From a virus (taxonomy: Duplodnaviria > Caudoviricetes), in IMG/VR virus record IMGVR_UViG_3300027640_000003, positions 1 through 45,569 of that record: DNA of 45,569 nt; one strand, given 5' to 3'. The stretch's first letter is position 1, and every line of letters starts with the position of its first letter. Position numbers and translations under genes: made by a program. Below, in pieces: positions 1 to 8,943 of the stretch. Below the pieces are notes generated by a model. The model searched no databases, had not been told where the DNA came from, and saw only the letters and a program-made list of their open reading frames with translations.

Positions 1-141
1 AGGCAATTGTCGACCGCCGTCGTAACACCTGGTTCCGCGATCGGGAGCCCCGCATTCCCGACGGCCGAATCAACCGCTTCGATCACCGTGAACGGATCCG
101 CTCCACGGAGGATGAAGAGGTTGTATAGGACCGCATCGGCC
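1..141. repeat. Terminal direct repeat, left copy (circular overlap)
   Basis: Identical to 45429-45569 except position 15 (C) vs 45443 (G), a synonymous Ala codon change. Confidence 0.97.
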
Positions 142-404
142 TCGGCGAAGGAAACGTCGTAGGTGGCCGGCTCACTGTTGGTCGCGAACTTATACCAAGC
201 CCGGGCGTTGATCTGCCCTTGGCTCAGCTCGCCAAGGATGGCCGTGAATCCTTCAGGGACCGTCATATCTGACGCAAGGATCTCCGAGGCAACAACCAGC
301 ACGACCAGGTCCCCGACGCGGAGCGCCGCAGGCCTGGTAATCTGGATGTCGCCCGCTGCAGCACCGGAGGTCCCGGCGACAACGGTCGGAGTTCGGTACG
401 TCAT
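1..404 (-). CDS. 5' part of a junction-spanning ~403-aa virion protein (continues at 45428 down to 44621)
   Basis: ATG at 404 overlaps the stop of 401..796 (ATGA). Reads MTYRTPTVVAGTSG...ADPFTVIEAVDS, in frame with ORF 44621..45514 across the circular junction. Confidence 0.85.
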   Translation of the reverse strand, partial: MTYRTPTVVAGTSGAAAGDIQITRPAALRVGDLVVLVVASEILASDMTVPEGFTAILGELSQGQINARAWYKFATNSEPATYDVSFAEADAVLYNLFILRGADPFTVIEAVDSAVGNAGLPIAEPGVTTAVDNC

Positions 405-796
405 ATTGGCCGCCTATACTGTTCGCGAGAAACCTCCGCGAAATCGACTCTCTTCGTCTGCAGGACCGCCATCCCGGCGCGACTCGTTTCAATTCCTTCG
501 ATCGCGTACTTGATTCCGCCGGCGGTCGCAAACCCACGAAGATTCAGGATGTCGGGTCGTCCGTCTTCGTGCCGCCCAGCCGGATCGATCGGAATCGTGA
601 TCTCGCGCGTGATGACGATCTCGGTTCCGAGTTCGCTTGGCCGTTGCTCAGTTCGTTCATCGCCGACGATCGCCTCAGGGAACGGCCAGACTCGGCCATT
701 CGGATCCTCGACGGTTACCCCTTCGCCGAAGCTGTGGAATAACCGTTCGAACCCTCTGGTTCGCTGGTCGAATCGACTTTGTTCCGGTGCCGTCAT
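401..796 (-). CDS. Putative head closure / head-tail joining protein
   Basis: 131 aa, beta-rich, directly before the neck/tail genes once the genome is circularised. Function inferred from size and synteny. Confidence 0.55.
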   Translation of the reverse strand: MTAPEQSRFDQRTRGFERLFHSFGEGVTVEDPNGRVWPFPEAIVGDERTEQRPSELGTEIVITREITIPIDPAGRHEDGRPDILNLRGFATAGGIKYAIEGIETSRAGMAVLQTKRVDFAEVSREQYRRPI

Positions 797-858
797 GTTG
801 TCTTAGTCTATCGGGTGCATGGGTTCGGTTCGCGTAGCGTGTTCACGGCGCTGGCCTT

Positions 859-1770
859 TCACTTACGCGGCTCGGCCTGAATCTCGCCAGTTACGTCGTC
901 TAGGTAAATCGGAATGTTCGTAATCTGTGACCAACGATTGTTCTGCACGAAACAGTCCCTAACACGTCGCAGATAGATCACGTGGACCGACCGCGTGACG
1001 TGGTTGCTTGTGATCGCGACGTTGGTAAACCACTGTTTGCGAGTCGCATCTGCAACGAGAATTGCCGCTTGCCCGCATCCGTCGATGTTGTTGTTGCCAA
1101 TGGACAACAGTTCGCCCATGTCTGCCCCACTACCGATTTGGAACTTGATCCCGCAGTAGGCGATGTCCCGCAGGACGTTCCCGGTGACAGATATCTGCCC
1201 GCCCGGTTGCCCATAAATGCCGTGTTGACCGGGGATATCGTGGATCGAGTTATTGAAGATGCGCATCCCACGACCCGTGGGCACGAAGATCCCGAACGCG
1301 TGCCCGGCAATGTCGTTGTCCGCGATCAGGAGGTCATTGGTCACAGCCGTGCCACCACCGTGACCGATCGCCGCATCCGATCCATTATTGCCGGGAGAGA
1401 TGACACGACGGCCCATGCCACGGATGCGGTTGCGGACGATTTGGAGGCTGGGAATCTCTCCTCGAAATCGGATGCAACCGCCTGCGAAGTTGCTCATGTC
1501 GCAGTCAATGATTGATACGCTGGCACTGTCGAGAATCCGTACCGCAGCCACACCGTTGCCGCTGTTCTGGTGCCATGGTGACTCTGAGCCTTTGCCGATG
1601 AACCGCCAATTGCGAACGGTGATTCGGTGACAGTTCTTGATCTCGATCGTGGCCCGCTTTTCAAGCAACTGGCGTAGGGTGTCCCCGTGTCCGTCGAGGA
1701 CGATATCGTTCAGTCCATCGAGAACGATGGTGCCGTTGCGGATTGGAAAGTCTTGGATGGAGTGGAACAT
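859..1770 (-). CDS. Right-handed parallel beta-helix (pectate-lyase-like) protein, possible depolymerase or fibre
   Basis: Repeated I-x-x-N-x-I / G-I-x-V units (IVRNRI, IADNDI, IFNNSI, VTGNVL, IGNNNI, ITSNHV). Confidence 0.75.
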   Translation of the reverse strand: MFHSIQDFPIRNGTIVLDGLNDIVLDGHGDTLRQLLEKRATIEIKNCHRITVRNWRFIGKGSESPWHQNSGNGVAAVRILDSASVSIIDCDMSNFAGGCIRFRGEIPSLQIVRNRIRGMGRRVISPGNNGSDAAIGHGGGTAVTNDLLIADNDIAGHAFGIFVPTGRGMRIFNNSIHDIPGQHGIYGQPGGQISVTGNVLRDIAYCGIKFQIGSGADMGELLSIGNNNIDGCGQAAILVADATRKQWFTNVAITSNHVTRSVHVIYLRRVRDCFVQNNRWSQITNIPIYLDDVTGEIQAEPRK

Positions 1771-1781
1771 GGTTCACCAGC

Positions 1782-3608
1782 TCAATAAATGAATCGCTTG
1801 GCCCAGGAGGGTCGCAGGAATACTTGTGACATGTCGACCCCGTTGAATTTCCAGGCCCGACCCACGCCCGACAAGGGGCCACCCACAAGAAACATGCTCA
1901 GCGGGAACGCACAGTTGCCAACAAATGCCCGCTGGCTGCTGCAAACGGCGGACGAGTGACCTGCTGTGATCTGTGTGTCGACACCCAAATCTTCCAAGCG
2001 AAGACAGACAGTCCCCGTCTTGTCGGCAAGGTAGAGGCTTGATCGTTGGCCAGCATTCTCGCACCACTGGTAGATGAGCACAAAGCCGGTCGGAAGGGTT
2101 ACGCAGCACCAGCCAGGAGAACCATGCTCATCGCCACCCGATTGACCGACGAAGTGCCACGAATTGTCCCACCCGGATCGCGTCAATTGTGTTTGGATGT
2201 CCGACAGATCCTTTCGCCATGCGGTGCAGAGGGCCCCGCAGACGCCATCGATCCCCATCATGATTCGCTGGGCCGTTTCGGTCTGGCCGATTAATTGCGA
2301 TCCGGGGGCGTGATCTACCTCATCCAGTAGCCACGTCCACGTGGTCCCGTTGTCATCGCTGTACCCGACGTTGTCCGTCACGTCGCCCCGTGCACACCAT
2401 AGGCGACCACTCTCCGCGTAGCGGACACTGTGGATATGGCTAGTCGCGGCCGCATCGCACGTGTACAGAACATCCCATGTGTCCCCAAAGTCTATCGACC
2501 GCAGAATCCTTGAGCCGCCCGCCAACGTCTTGTATTCGCCGATCACCAGGTAGGTCGTCGCGCCAACAACCTTGTGCGTGTAACCCCAACCTGGGACTTG
2601 ATAGTTGGCTGCCGTCATCGCCAACACTTCGGTCCACGCTGGTACGGCAATCGGGGAACGGTACAGCTTTCCCGGAACACTGGCGTACACATAAGCACCG
2701 ACGGCAAAGACCGATTGCATGGTCCCCGGAGAAGCTGCCGCAAATTCCGTCCAGCCAGTTGCGCCAGTTTCGTCGTCCGTGTAGTAGACCTTGCCGGAAT
2801 CATGACCCCAAAGGCGACCGTCGTTGACGGCTTCGACCGGATAAGACACAACTGCCCGACTGTAGTTGATCGCCGCATAAGGCTCGCGGTAGATCGTGGC
2901 GTCAGTGATAGCAGCGGGGTCGAACCCTTCCTCGTGGATGCGCAGCAGGGCGTAGTCTTGAAGCCGCTCGCCGTCGATGACCCACACGTCGCGCATAATG
3001 CAGCCGCAGTCGTTAGCGAGAGCCCCCTCCTTGGCACCGATGTAGATTTGGTTGATACCCGCCTTGGGAAACTCGTTGCCAGGCCGATTCTCGGAGAAGA
3101 TGCAGTATCCGTTGACGTACGCCCGGAAGATCCGCTTGGCCCCAGCCGGTTCATCGGGGTCGGGCATGACGACACACGCCAGACTCAGCTCGGCCCCGAC
3201 GGCGACGGGGAAAGTTGCGACAGCCAAGGTTCGGGCAGCCCCCCCACCTGACCCGGTATTGGTGGTCATAAAGGACAGACCGTCTGTCGTCGAGTTAAAC
3301 TCGACGTAGTAGCGGGTCGTCGTCAGCTCCGTGCTCATCGCAATCGTCAGGAGTCGCTGGCCAGCCGCTGCCGCGTCGAACGCGACCGTCTTTTTGATCT
3401 TGCAGCCAAACGCAAGATAATCCTGGTTCACCAGGGTCAGTGGGTACCAGATCCGTCGCACGTCGGCCGCGTCGAATCCCAACCCCTTGCGGCCATCCGC
3501 GAATGGCAGGTAGTCGTCAGGGTCGATCACCCCTGTTGCTGTGCCGTTCGCAAGTGAGACTCGATCTTGCGTGTTTTCGTTGAAGTCGCAGAAAAAACGA
3601 ACGGCCAT
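1782..3608 (-). CDS. LamG/concanavalin-A-like domain plus Asp-box (BNR) beta-propeller protein
   Basis: N-half has FRAYVNG, IYIGA and MRDVWV (LamG-like). C-half has Asp-boxes RSIDFGDTW and YSDDNGTTW. Confidence 0.7.
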   Translation of the reverse strand: MAVRFFCDFNENTQDRVSLANGTATGVIDPDDYLPFADGRKGLGFDAADVRRIWYPLTLVNQDYLAFGCKIKKTVAFDAAAAGQRLLTIAMSTELTTTRYYVEFNSTTDGLSFMTTNTGSGGGAARTLAVATFPVAVGAELSLACVVMPDPDEPAGAKRIFRAYVNGYCIFSENRPGNEFPKAGINQIYIGAKEGALANDCGCIMRDVWVIDGERLQDYALLRIHEEGFDPAAITDATIYREPYAAINYSRAVVSYPVEAVNDGRLWGHDSGKVYYTDDETGATGWTEFAAASPGTMQSVFAVGAYVYASVPGKLYRSPIAVPAWTEVLAMTAANYQVPGWGYTHKVVGATTYLVIGEYKTLAGGSRILRSIDFGDTWDVLYTCDAAATSHIHSVRYAESGRLWCARGDVTDNVGYSDDNGTTWTWLLDEVDHAPGSQLIGQTETAQRIMMGIDGVCGALCTAWRKDLSDIQTQLTRSGWDNSWHFVGQSGGDEHGSPGWCCVTLPTGFVLIYQWCENAGQRSSLYLADKTGTVCLRLEDLGVDTQITAGHSSAVCSSQRAFVGNCAFPLSMFLVGGPLSGVGRAWKFNGVDMSQVFLRPSWAKRFIY

Positions 3609-3691
3609 ATCTCACCTTTCAGCATCGGTGACAGTCACCAGCCTGTCACCGCCTGGACAACCCACGCCTCACTGGCACGTTAACTGTGCCG

Positions 3692-4018
3692 TTACCGGAA
3701 GATATTCAACTTGACGTCTGAATCATTTGCCCCGTCTTGCAGTTTAAAAACGAGAATAGCAATTCCGCTGAGGCATGTTGGAAACTCCATGCTCTCACCA
3801 ACACCTAAGGTGATCGTTTTCCCGTAGCCATCCTGATCCTTGTACAATTGCGGTGTGTCGCCCGCTTCCGTCATCTCGTATGCGGTCGCGACGATAACGT
3901 TCGCGCTGACGTTGCGAATCGTTCCAATTGCGATCCCGTTCTTGTGGATTCGCGCACTGGTCGCAATATTGGCGGTCAGCGTTTTCGTCTCTACGTAAGG
4001 AACACCCAAGGCTGTCAT
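3692..4018 (-). CDS. Hypothetical beta-rich protein, possibly virion-associated
   Basis: 108-aa ORF with an AAGGA RBS, co-oriented with the operon. Confidence 0.65.
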   Translation of the reverse strand: MTALGVPYVETKTLTANIATSARIHKNGIAIGTIRNVSANVIVATAYEMTEAGDTPQLYKDQDGYGKTITLGVGESMEFPTCLSGIAILVFKLQDGANDSDVKLNIFR

Positions 4019-4045
4019 GCTGTTTTCCTTGTGCGTTGACTGCTC

Positions 4046-4433
4046 AAACGGTCTGCTGCAGCTTGCGGACGATGTCTTTGTCGTATTTCAGATCAGCTTC
4101 AGCCGCGACATCAGATCCGCGCCGAACGTGATCTTCATGCGCCCAATTGGAGTGGCGACTTCACGGACAACCGTATCCCATAGTTGCCGGTCCCAGTTGG
4201 CGTGATTGTCCTGCTTCATCTGGTCGGCATAGCCTTGGTAAATCTCACGCATCATCTTGTTCGGCTCGTGGCCACCCATGACGACTTCCAACGCGATGTC
4301 GCAGAACTCCTGCGCGTCGGCGTCATCCTCGATGGTCACGCCAACGAAATCCCGCTGGGGATCGAACTGGACTTTCATCTCTCATCCCTTTCTGTTTCGG
4401 TTAAACGGTCTGCTGCAGCTTGCGGACGATGTC
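4046..4433. repeat. 31-bp direct repeat (4046-4076 and 4403-4433) flanking the 96-aa gene
   Basis: AAACGGTCTGCTGCAGCTTGCGGACGATGTC at both positions; on the minus strand it encodes DIVRKLQQTV-stop. Confidence 0.93.
4088..4378 (-). CDS. Hypothetical protein (inserted gene)
   Basis: 96-aa ORF with a purine-rich RBS, bracketed by the 31-bp repeat. Confidence 0.65.
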   Translation of the reverse strand: MKVQFDPQRDFVGVTIEDDADAQEFCDIALEVVMGGHEPNKMMREIYQGYADQMKQDNHANWDRQLWDTVVREVATPIGRMKITFGADLMSRLKLI

Positions 4434-4913
4434 CTCGCAGTGCTGACTGACGTCGGCCGCCCAGTCCTGTCCTTGCTTGCTGGCGATCTGTCGGCCGAGA
4501 TGGGCGGTCGCTAGTGCAACCTCACGCAATCGCTTTATGTCGTCGATGGCCTTCGCCGTCGAATTCGGTAGATTGGGGTCAGTGTGCAGCTTGACCAGGT
4601 GATCCAGGGTTTCCGATCGTTTCATGCCGAACTCATCGTGAACGGTCAGAACTTTACAGATGCTTTCGAGGCTGCTGGATTGTCGCTCGATGTGCTCCTG
4701 GATCGTATCCGTAAACTCTTTTTGATTAACGGTCTTCTGGTGTTCGTTCTCAAAGAACTTGTCCAAGTAGCCGGGAACAGGCGGAGCCGCATCTGGATTG
4801 CCCAGCAGCTTGCGGAGGGTGAGCTTTCCCACGCTCCGCAACGATAACCCAATTGCCACAAGGACCATTACCGCCACACCAGTTGTCTGGCCAAGCTGAA
4901 TCCATTCACTCAT
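4401..4913 (-). CDS. Membrane protein, holin-like candidate
   Basis: N-terminal hydrophobic helix GVAVMVLVAIGLSL followed by a helical soluble domain; near the peptidase gene. Confidence 0.5.
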   Translation of the reverse strand: MSEWIQLGQTTGVAVMVLVAIGLSLRSVGKLTLRKLLGNPDAAPPVPGYLDKFFENEHQKTVNQKEFTDTIQEHIERQSSSLESICKVLTVHDEFGMKRSETLDHLVKLHTDPNLPNSTAKAIDDIKRLREVALATAHLGRQIASKQGQDWAADVSQHCEDIVRKLQQTV

Positions 4914-4956
4914 GTGCCGATTCTCCGGCTACTGGACCGCGGAAACCCGACCGAGA

Positions 4957-5271
4957 TCAAAGCCCAAATAACATGATGATCAGCGGCATCATCTGCATGA
5001 TCAGGTCAAATAACTTTTGCCAGTCGAAAGATGCATTGGCATAGGTTTTCGGGTCATCCTCCATCAGCTTGGCGGCGATCGCCGCCTTGATCTCTTCCAG
5101 GTCCATGCCCTTGGTGAGCAGGCCATCCCTCTTCAGTTCGCCAACCGCCCGGAGGATGCCAATCCTCTGCCGGAGCTGAAACGGACCCGTTGCGTCAACT
5201 GCTGCATCAACTGCTACCGTCATACCCAACAGAACGCAACACAACATCACCATCAATAGAAACGACGTCAT
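4957..5271 (-). CDS. Small membrane protein (N-terminal signal/TM, hydrophobic amphipathic C-terminus)
   Basis: Starts MTSFLLMVMLCCVLLGMTVAVDA and ends FDWQKLFDLIMQMMPLIIMLFGL; ATGA-coupled to the peptidase. Confidence 0.65.
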   Translation of the reverse strand: MTSFLLMVMLCCVLLGMTVAVDAAVDATGPFQLRQRIGILRAVGELKRDGLLTKGMDLEEIKAAIAAKLMEDDPKTYANASFDWQKLFDLIMQMMPLIIMLFGL

Positions 5272-6113
5272 GACACACCTCTGATTGATTGGAGCAACGC
5301 ATCGGTGATCCGAACGCTGCGGATCAGTGCCGCACCGTAGGACGCGATTGCGTTGCGAAGGAATGATTCACTGTCAAATCCCCACATTTTCAGGCCGTTC
5401 TCTCCAACGGCACCCCACTTGCCCCAGGAGTTGCCGTACTTCACGTAATACGTGCTTTTATCCTTGATGGGCGTCACGCCGAAGATGCTGTGGCCGGCAC
5501 GCCCATACTGCAGAGTGAAGTCGTCAAGCAATCCGCACACGCAGCCCTCGAACGTCTTGGCTTCGTAGGCCTCCTCAATCACGAAGTGGGCCGCAGTCTC
5601 CTCCCAGTTGGCCGGGAACTTCTGGTAGTAGCCGGTATGCTGGAGGACATGATTCTCATTGAGTCCCATGGCCTTCAGCCGCGCACGGTTCTCGGGCGTG
5701 TCGACCGGCAGCGCTCCAACCTTCTGCATCTGACGCACGTTCGCCAAAACGTTGCTGCCGCTATTCGGGCCCGATGCGATCCAGCGATAAACGGCGATCG
5801 GGCTGAGCATGATGCCGTTCTCGGGCCCGACTGTCATGTTCAAGGTTGTCTCGTGACACCCGCAAATGGCATTGCTCGCGCACGTGCCTTCCGGGTTCTG
5901 GTCGTGAGTCCAACGAACGAGCGTTTCGAGAGACTTGTTCTCCTTCAGCAAGTCGTCCCAGTCGCTCCGGGGGTAGTCTTTCATCCGCGCGGAAAAGCAG
6001 TCCTCGTACGCCGGCAATTTCGTCTTGCCATCGTTGGGATTGCACCCTCGGGCCGGATGGCCATTGGGAGCCAACACAACGTCCACGAATCGTTTGTCGA
6101 TCGTTTGAATCAC
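5268..6113 (-). CDS. Papain-like (C1 family) cysteine peptidase
   Basis: DQNPEGTCASNA (oxyanion Gln and catalytic Cys), GHSIFGV (His) and GNSWGKWG (Asn). Confidence 0.85.
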   Translation of the reverse strand: MIQTIDKRFVDVVLAPNGHPARGCNPNDGKTKLPAYEDCFSARMKDYPRSDWDDLLKENKSLETLVRWTHDQNPEGTCASNAICGCHETTLNMTVGPENGIMLSPIAVYRWIASGPNSGSNVLANVRQMQKVGALPVDTPENRARLKAMGLNENHVLQHTGYYQKFPANWEETAAHFVIEEAYEAKTFEGCVCGLLDDFTLQYGRAGHSIFGVTPIKDKSTYYVKYGNSWGKWGAVGENGLKMWGFDSESFLRNAIASYGAALIRSVRITDALLQSIRGVS

Positions 6114-6907
6114 CTGGCCATCTCCTTAACGAACGCGTCTTCGGATGATGGACACGGGACGCTGCGGATTACTCGGTCCGTTCCATCCTGCTGTCGGACA
6201 AGTACCATCAGGACAGGCAGGGTCAAATCCGGCAGGCGTTGGCTTTCCAGTGCTTTGAGGCTTGGCGGCAGGTCGCTTACGTCCTGGATCTGCAGTTGTG
6301 CGTTTGGGAACTTCTTTCGCAGGCTTAGGAACAGGTTTCCCTGCTGCGGGGTGCGTTCCTCCCTTTCCTCCCAGATCACCGCCCACCGCGCTCCTGGCGG
6401 GGGCGGAGGCGGAGGGGGGTCCGGGCCGTCGTCACCTCCCGAGACGGTAATTTCGCGTTCGTATTCGTACTGGCCGAAATCGATAAAGATGGGAACGATT
6501 TTCCCATTGATCTCCATGTCTTCCGTGAGGACCCACGACCCGCGAGCCCTGATAATGTGCTTTCCAGACCCTGCCCAGACGTGGAACGTGTTGCTTTCGA
6601 TTGCCTGTTCAATTTCCGCAATCGCGCTGTTGATGTCTGGTTGTTGTTCTGGTCGAACGTTGCTGACCAGGTCGCGGAGCTTGTTGGCAGCTTCCTTCAG
6701 CTGGGGACCGTTCTTGACGGTCACTGTATCCCATGTGGCATCCGTAACACTGAAGCTTCCCCGCAATTTCGCGTTTGCTGGGATGTTCGTTGCATTCACC
6801 GATACGATGATCGGCTCGTTTGTTTCGTAGGTCTCCTTGCACTCGATATCCGCCGCGGCGGTCGCGGCGAATGCGAGGCAGAGCAGGATTGCGATCAACG
6901 GTCGCAT
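6110..6907 (-). CDS. Exported protein with signal peptide and poly-Pro linker
   Basis: Signal peptide MRPLIAILLCLAFAATAAA; a DPPPPPPPPG linker separates two domains; ATGA-coupled to the peptidase. Confidence 0.75.
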   Translation of the reverse strand: MRPLIAILLCLAFAATAAADIECKETYETNEPIIVSVNATNIPANAKLRGSFSVTDATWDTVTVKNGPQLKEAANKLRDLVSNVRPEQQPDINSAIAEIEQAIESNTFHVWAGSGKHIIRARGSWVLTEDMEINGKIVPIFIDFGQYEYEREITVSGGDDGPDPPPPPPPPGARWAVIWEEREERTPQQGNLFLSLRKKFPNAQLQIQDVSDLPPSLKALESQRLPDLTLPVLMVLVRQQDGTDRVIRSVPCPSSEDAFVKEMAR

Positions 6908-6956
6908 TGAAAAAACCCTTTGAGTTTGTTTTTCGTCGATGGACAGCCGTCAGTCG

Positions 6957-7202
6957 TCACGATTCGCGAGGCTTGAATCTCAGCTTGACCGGGACCAGTT
7001 GCCCCATGATCTCGAGCTCGAGCTCGATGCCGTTCTCCGCCCACTTCTCGACGTCATCGATCAGATCCACGACGTCGGACGCGACGCTCTTCAGGACAAC
7101 CAAGCTCTGCCCGACCGCAGAATCGGCGTTGTCGACAGCCTGGTTCACGTTCTCGAGCGTGAAGTCCGCCTTGTTTCGAAGTTGCTTCATTCGTCTGAAC
7201 AT
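6957..7202 (-). CDS. Hypothetical protein
   Basis: 81-aa ORF with an AGGA RBS, first gene after the capsid terminator. Confidence 0.6.
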   Translation of the reverse strand: MFRRMKQLRNKADFTLENVNQAVDNADSAVGQSLVVLKSVASDVVDLIDDVEKWAENGIELELEIMGQLVPVKLRFKPRES

Positions 7203-7247
7203 TTGAGAATCCTAATCTTCGAACCCCGCAATGGATCGCATGTGTAT

Positions 7248-7287
7248 GGAAGAAGCGGTGGGCCGCCGGTCACAAACGGCCCACCGC
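7248..7287 (-). terminator. Probable intrinsic terminator after the major capsid gene
   Basis: 11-bp perfect stem GCGGTGGGCCG/CGGCCCACCGC followed by TTCTTCC on the minus strand. Confidence 0.65.
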
Positions 7288-7306
7288 GGTCGTGGAGAGG
7301 AGTCGC

Positions 7307-8317
7307 TTATGCCGTCACTGCCGTGATCAGGTGCCCTGCTTCCGCGTGGAGGATTTTGACCATTCGCTTGTTGCGAGCTCGGATGATGCCACCGCGACGA
7401 TTCTCTTCGCGGTACTCTTCCATGATCAGGCTTTCCTCGCCGTCGCCGGCTCCCGGGATCGAGGCGTTGCCTTCGCTCGCGAAGATCGTGCGACCAATGC
7501 ACGGCTCCATCGACTCAAGGTCGCCTTCCATGCCGTCATCACGCACATGGCAAACCATGGCCATCGTCTGGGTCCAGAAGCGACTGAAGGAGGCACTCTG
7601 GCCCTCATCAGCCGTGTTCTTCACACCCCTTCCGACAAGGACCTTCTCGAGGTCGAACATCGTCTTGAGGCCGTCGATCACACCCAAGTTCTTCGGGTCG
7701 TCCTTGCCCGAGTACTTCAAGAGGTCCTGGACCTGTGCGGTCCGCTTGAGCTTCTGCAGAGCGTAGTCACTCAGGACCAGGGCGTTCGGCTTCATGCCGC
7801 TGGAAACCTTGACCTTCTCGATCGCATTGTCGATGTCCGTGATCGGGACCGCAGTTGCCGGAGTCGTCCAGGCCACGGAAGCAGCTGTCGTCAGCGTTGC
7901 CCCGGTCCAGGTCGACGTATTGAACACGGCAGCGGCGATCGCATTCTCGAGTGCCTGTAGGACGCGATGAATCGCTCGCTGCGTGGCGATCGCCTCCGAG
8001 CGAAGGATGTCTCCATATCGCTCGATCAACAGGTCGTCGACCACTTCCTCGACGCCGTGCTCCTTGGCGTCATAGGAATCGGTCGCCCACTGGAACGTGT
8101 CCCGCTTGTACGTCGCTCGCGGCTCGCGCTCGGTGTCCTCGATCTTCCGCAGGAGGTCCTCGACGCTGATCTTCGCGAAGCTGCCAGAATCCTTCGCCAC
8201 TCCGATCGGAGGCAGGACCTGCAGGCCAATGTAGCCCAGCCGACTCGCCATCAGCGAGAACTCGCTGTAACTGAGCGACAGGTCGAAACGCGCGATTGCA
8301 ACACTCGGTGAAGCCAT
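7307..8317 (-). CDS. Major capsid protein (lambda gpE-like, HK97 fold)
   Basis: 336 aa, follows portal-protease-decoration. Contains the PITDIDNA...GMKPNALVLS motif typical of this capsid family and has a GGGAG RBS. Confidence 0.88.
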   Translation of the reverse strand: MASPSVAIARFDLSLSYSEFSLMASRLGYIGLQVLPPIGVAKDSGSFAKISVEDLLRKIEDTEREPRATYKRDTFQWATDSYDAKEHGVEEVVDDLLIERYGDILRSEAIATQRAIHRVLQALENAIAAAVFNTSTWTGATLTTAASVAWTTPATAVPITDIDNAIEKVKVSSGMKPNALVLSDYALQKLKRTAQVQDLLKYSGKDDPKNLGVIDGLKTMFDLEKVLVGRGVKNTADEGQSASFSRFWTQTMAMVCHVRDDGMEGDLESMEPCIGRTIFASEGNASIPGAGDGEESLIMEEYREENRRGGIIRARNKRMVKILHAEAGHLITAVTA

Positions 8318-8348
8318 AGCTAAATGCTCCCATTGTTAGTGGGGCGTT

Positions 8349-8357
8349 TGCTATAAT
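8349..8357 (+). promoter_or_regulatory. Extended -10 promoter candidate, antisense to the late operon
   Basis: TG-C-TATAAT is a perfect TGnTATAAT. Confidence 0.45.
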
Positions 8358-8405
8358 GCCGAGTGCCAACTCGCAGCATTGGGCAAAGCCCCGATGTTTG
8401 TGAGG

Positions 8406-8444
8406 CCGCCGGCAGGATTGCCGTCCTGCCAGGCGGTTTTTTTT
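8406..8444 (+). terminator. Intrinsic terminator on the plus strand
   Basis: CCGCC-GGCAGGA / loop TTGCCG / TCCTGCC-A-GGCGG, followed by T8. Confidence 0.75.
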
Positions 8445-8479
8445 ACTGCTTGAATGTGAGAAAGAACTTTTCGGACGAA

Positions 8480-8854
8480 TTACGCAGGGACGGCCAGCGT
8501 GGGAACGTGCATCACTTCGACGATCGAGCCGTCACCGCTGGCGGCCTCCAGCGCGATCCCGATCGGGACCTCGCCGCCGCCCGTCACGTCGTCCACCTTG
8601 CCGCCGGCCGCTCCGTAGATGTTCGCGCCGATCGCGAACGCTCCGGCCGCGACGTATTTCCGCGATCCGCCGATTGATCGGGGAATCACGGCCACTTTCG
8701 TCGCATCGGAAAGGACGGTGTCGGCCAAGGTGCCCACTTCGACTTCGGTCGCCGCTGCAGCGGTCAATGCCGTCCCGCTCCACAAGACGCGGAGGAATTT
8801 CGCCAGCGCGCCACCCGTGTGAGCCAGGGTCACAGTGCCCGTATGCGTTTGCAT
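8480..8854 (-). CDS. Head decoration / capsid cement protein (DUF2190-like)
   Basis: Start reassigned to ATG 8854 (GAGGA RBS). Ala/Gly-rich with AAGAFAIGANIY and IGIALEAASGDGSIVEV; lies between scaffold and capsid genes. Confidence 0.8.
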   Translation of the reverse strand: MQTHTGTVTLAHTGGALAKFLRVLWSGTALTAAAATEVEVGTLADTVLSDATKVAVIPRSIGGSRKYVAAGAFAIGANIYGAAGGKVDDVTGGGEVPIGIALEAASGDGSIVEVMHVPTLAVPA

Positions 8855-8943
8855 TTTTTGATCCTCATGGTTTCGATGACTGTTTTCGTTCGAACGGGCG
8901 GCCTGGAGTTGACCTGGCCGCAATGGCTATGCAAATCGGCCAG

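Noticed and set aside
859-3608. Diversity-generating retroelement acting on the receptor-binding-like genes
   Set aside because: No reverse transcriptase and no TR/VR pair differing at adenines were seen.
8375-8400. c-di-GMP riboswitch-like GGGCAAAGCC
   Set aside because: The other conserved elements are missing and the orientation is opposite to the genes.
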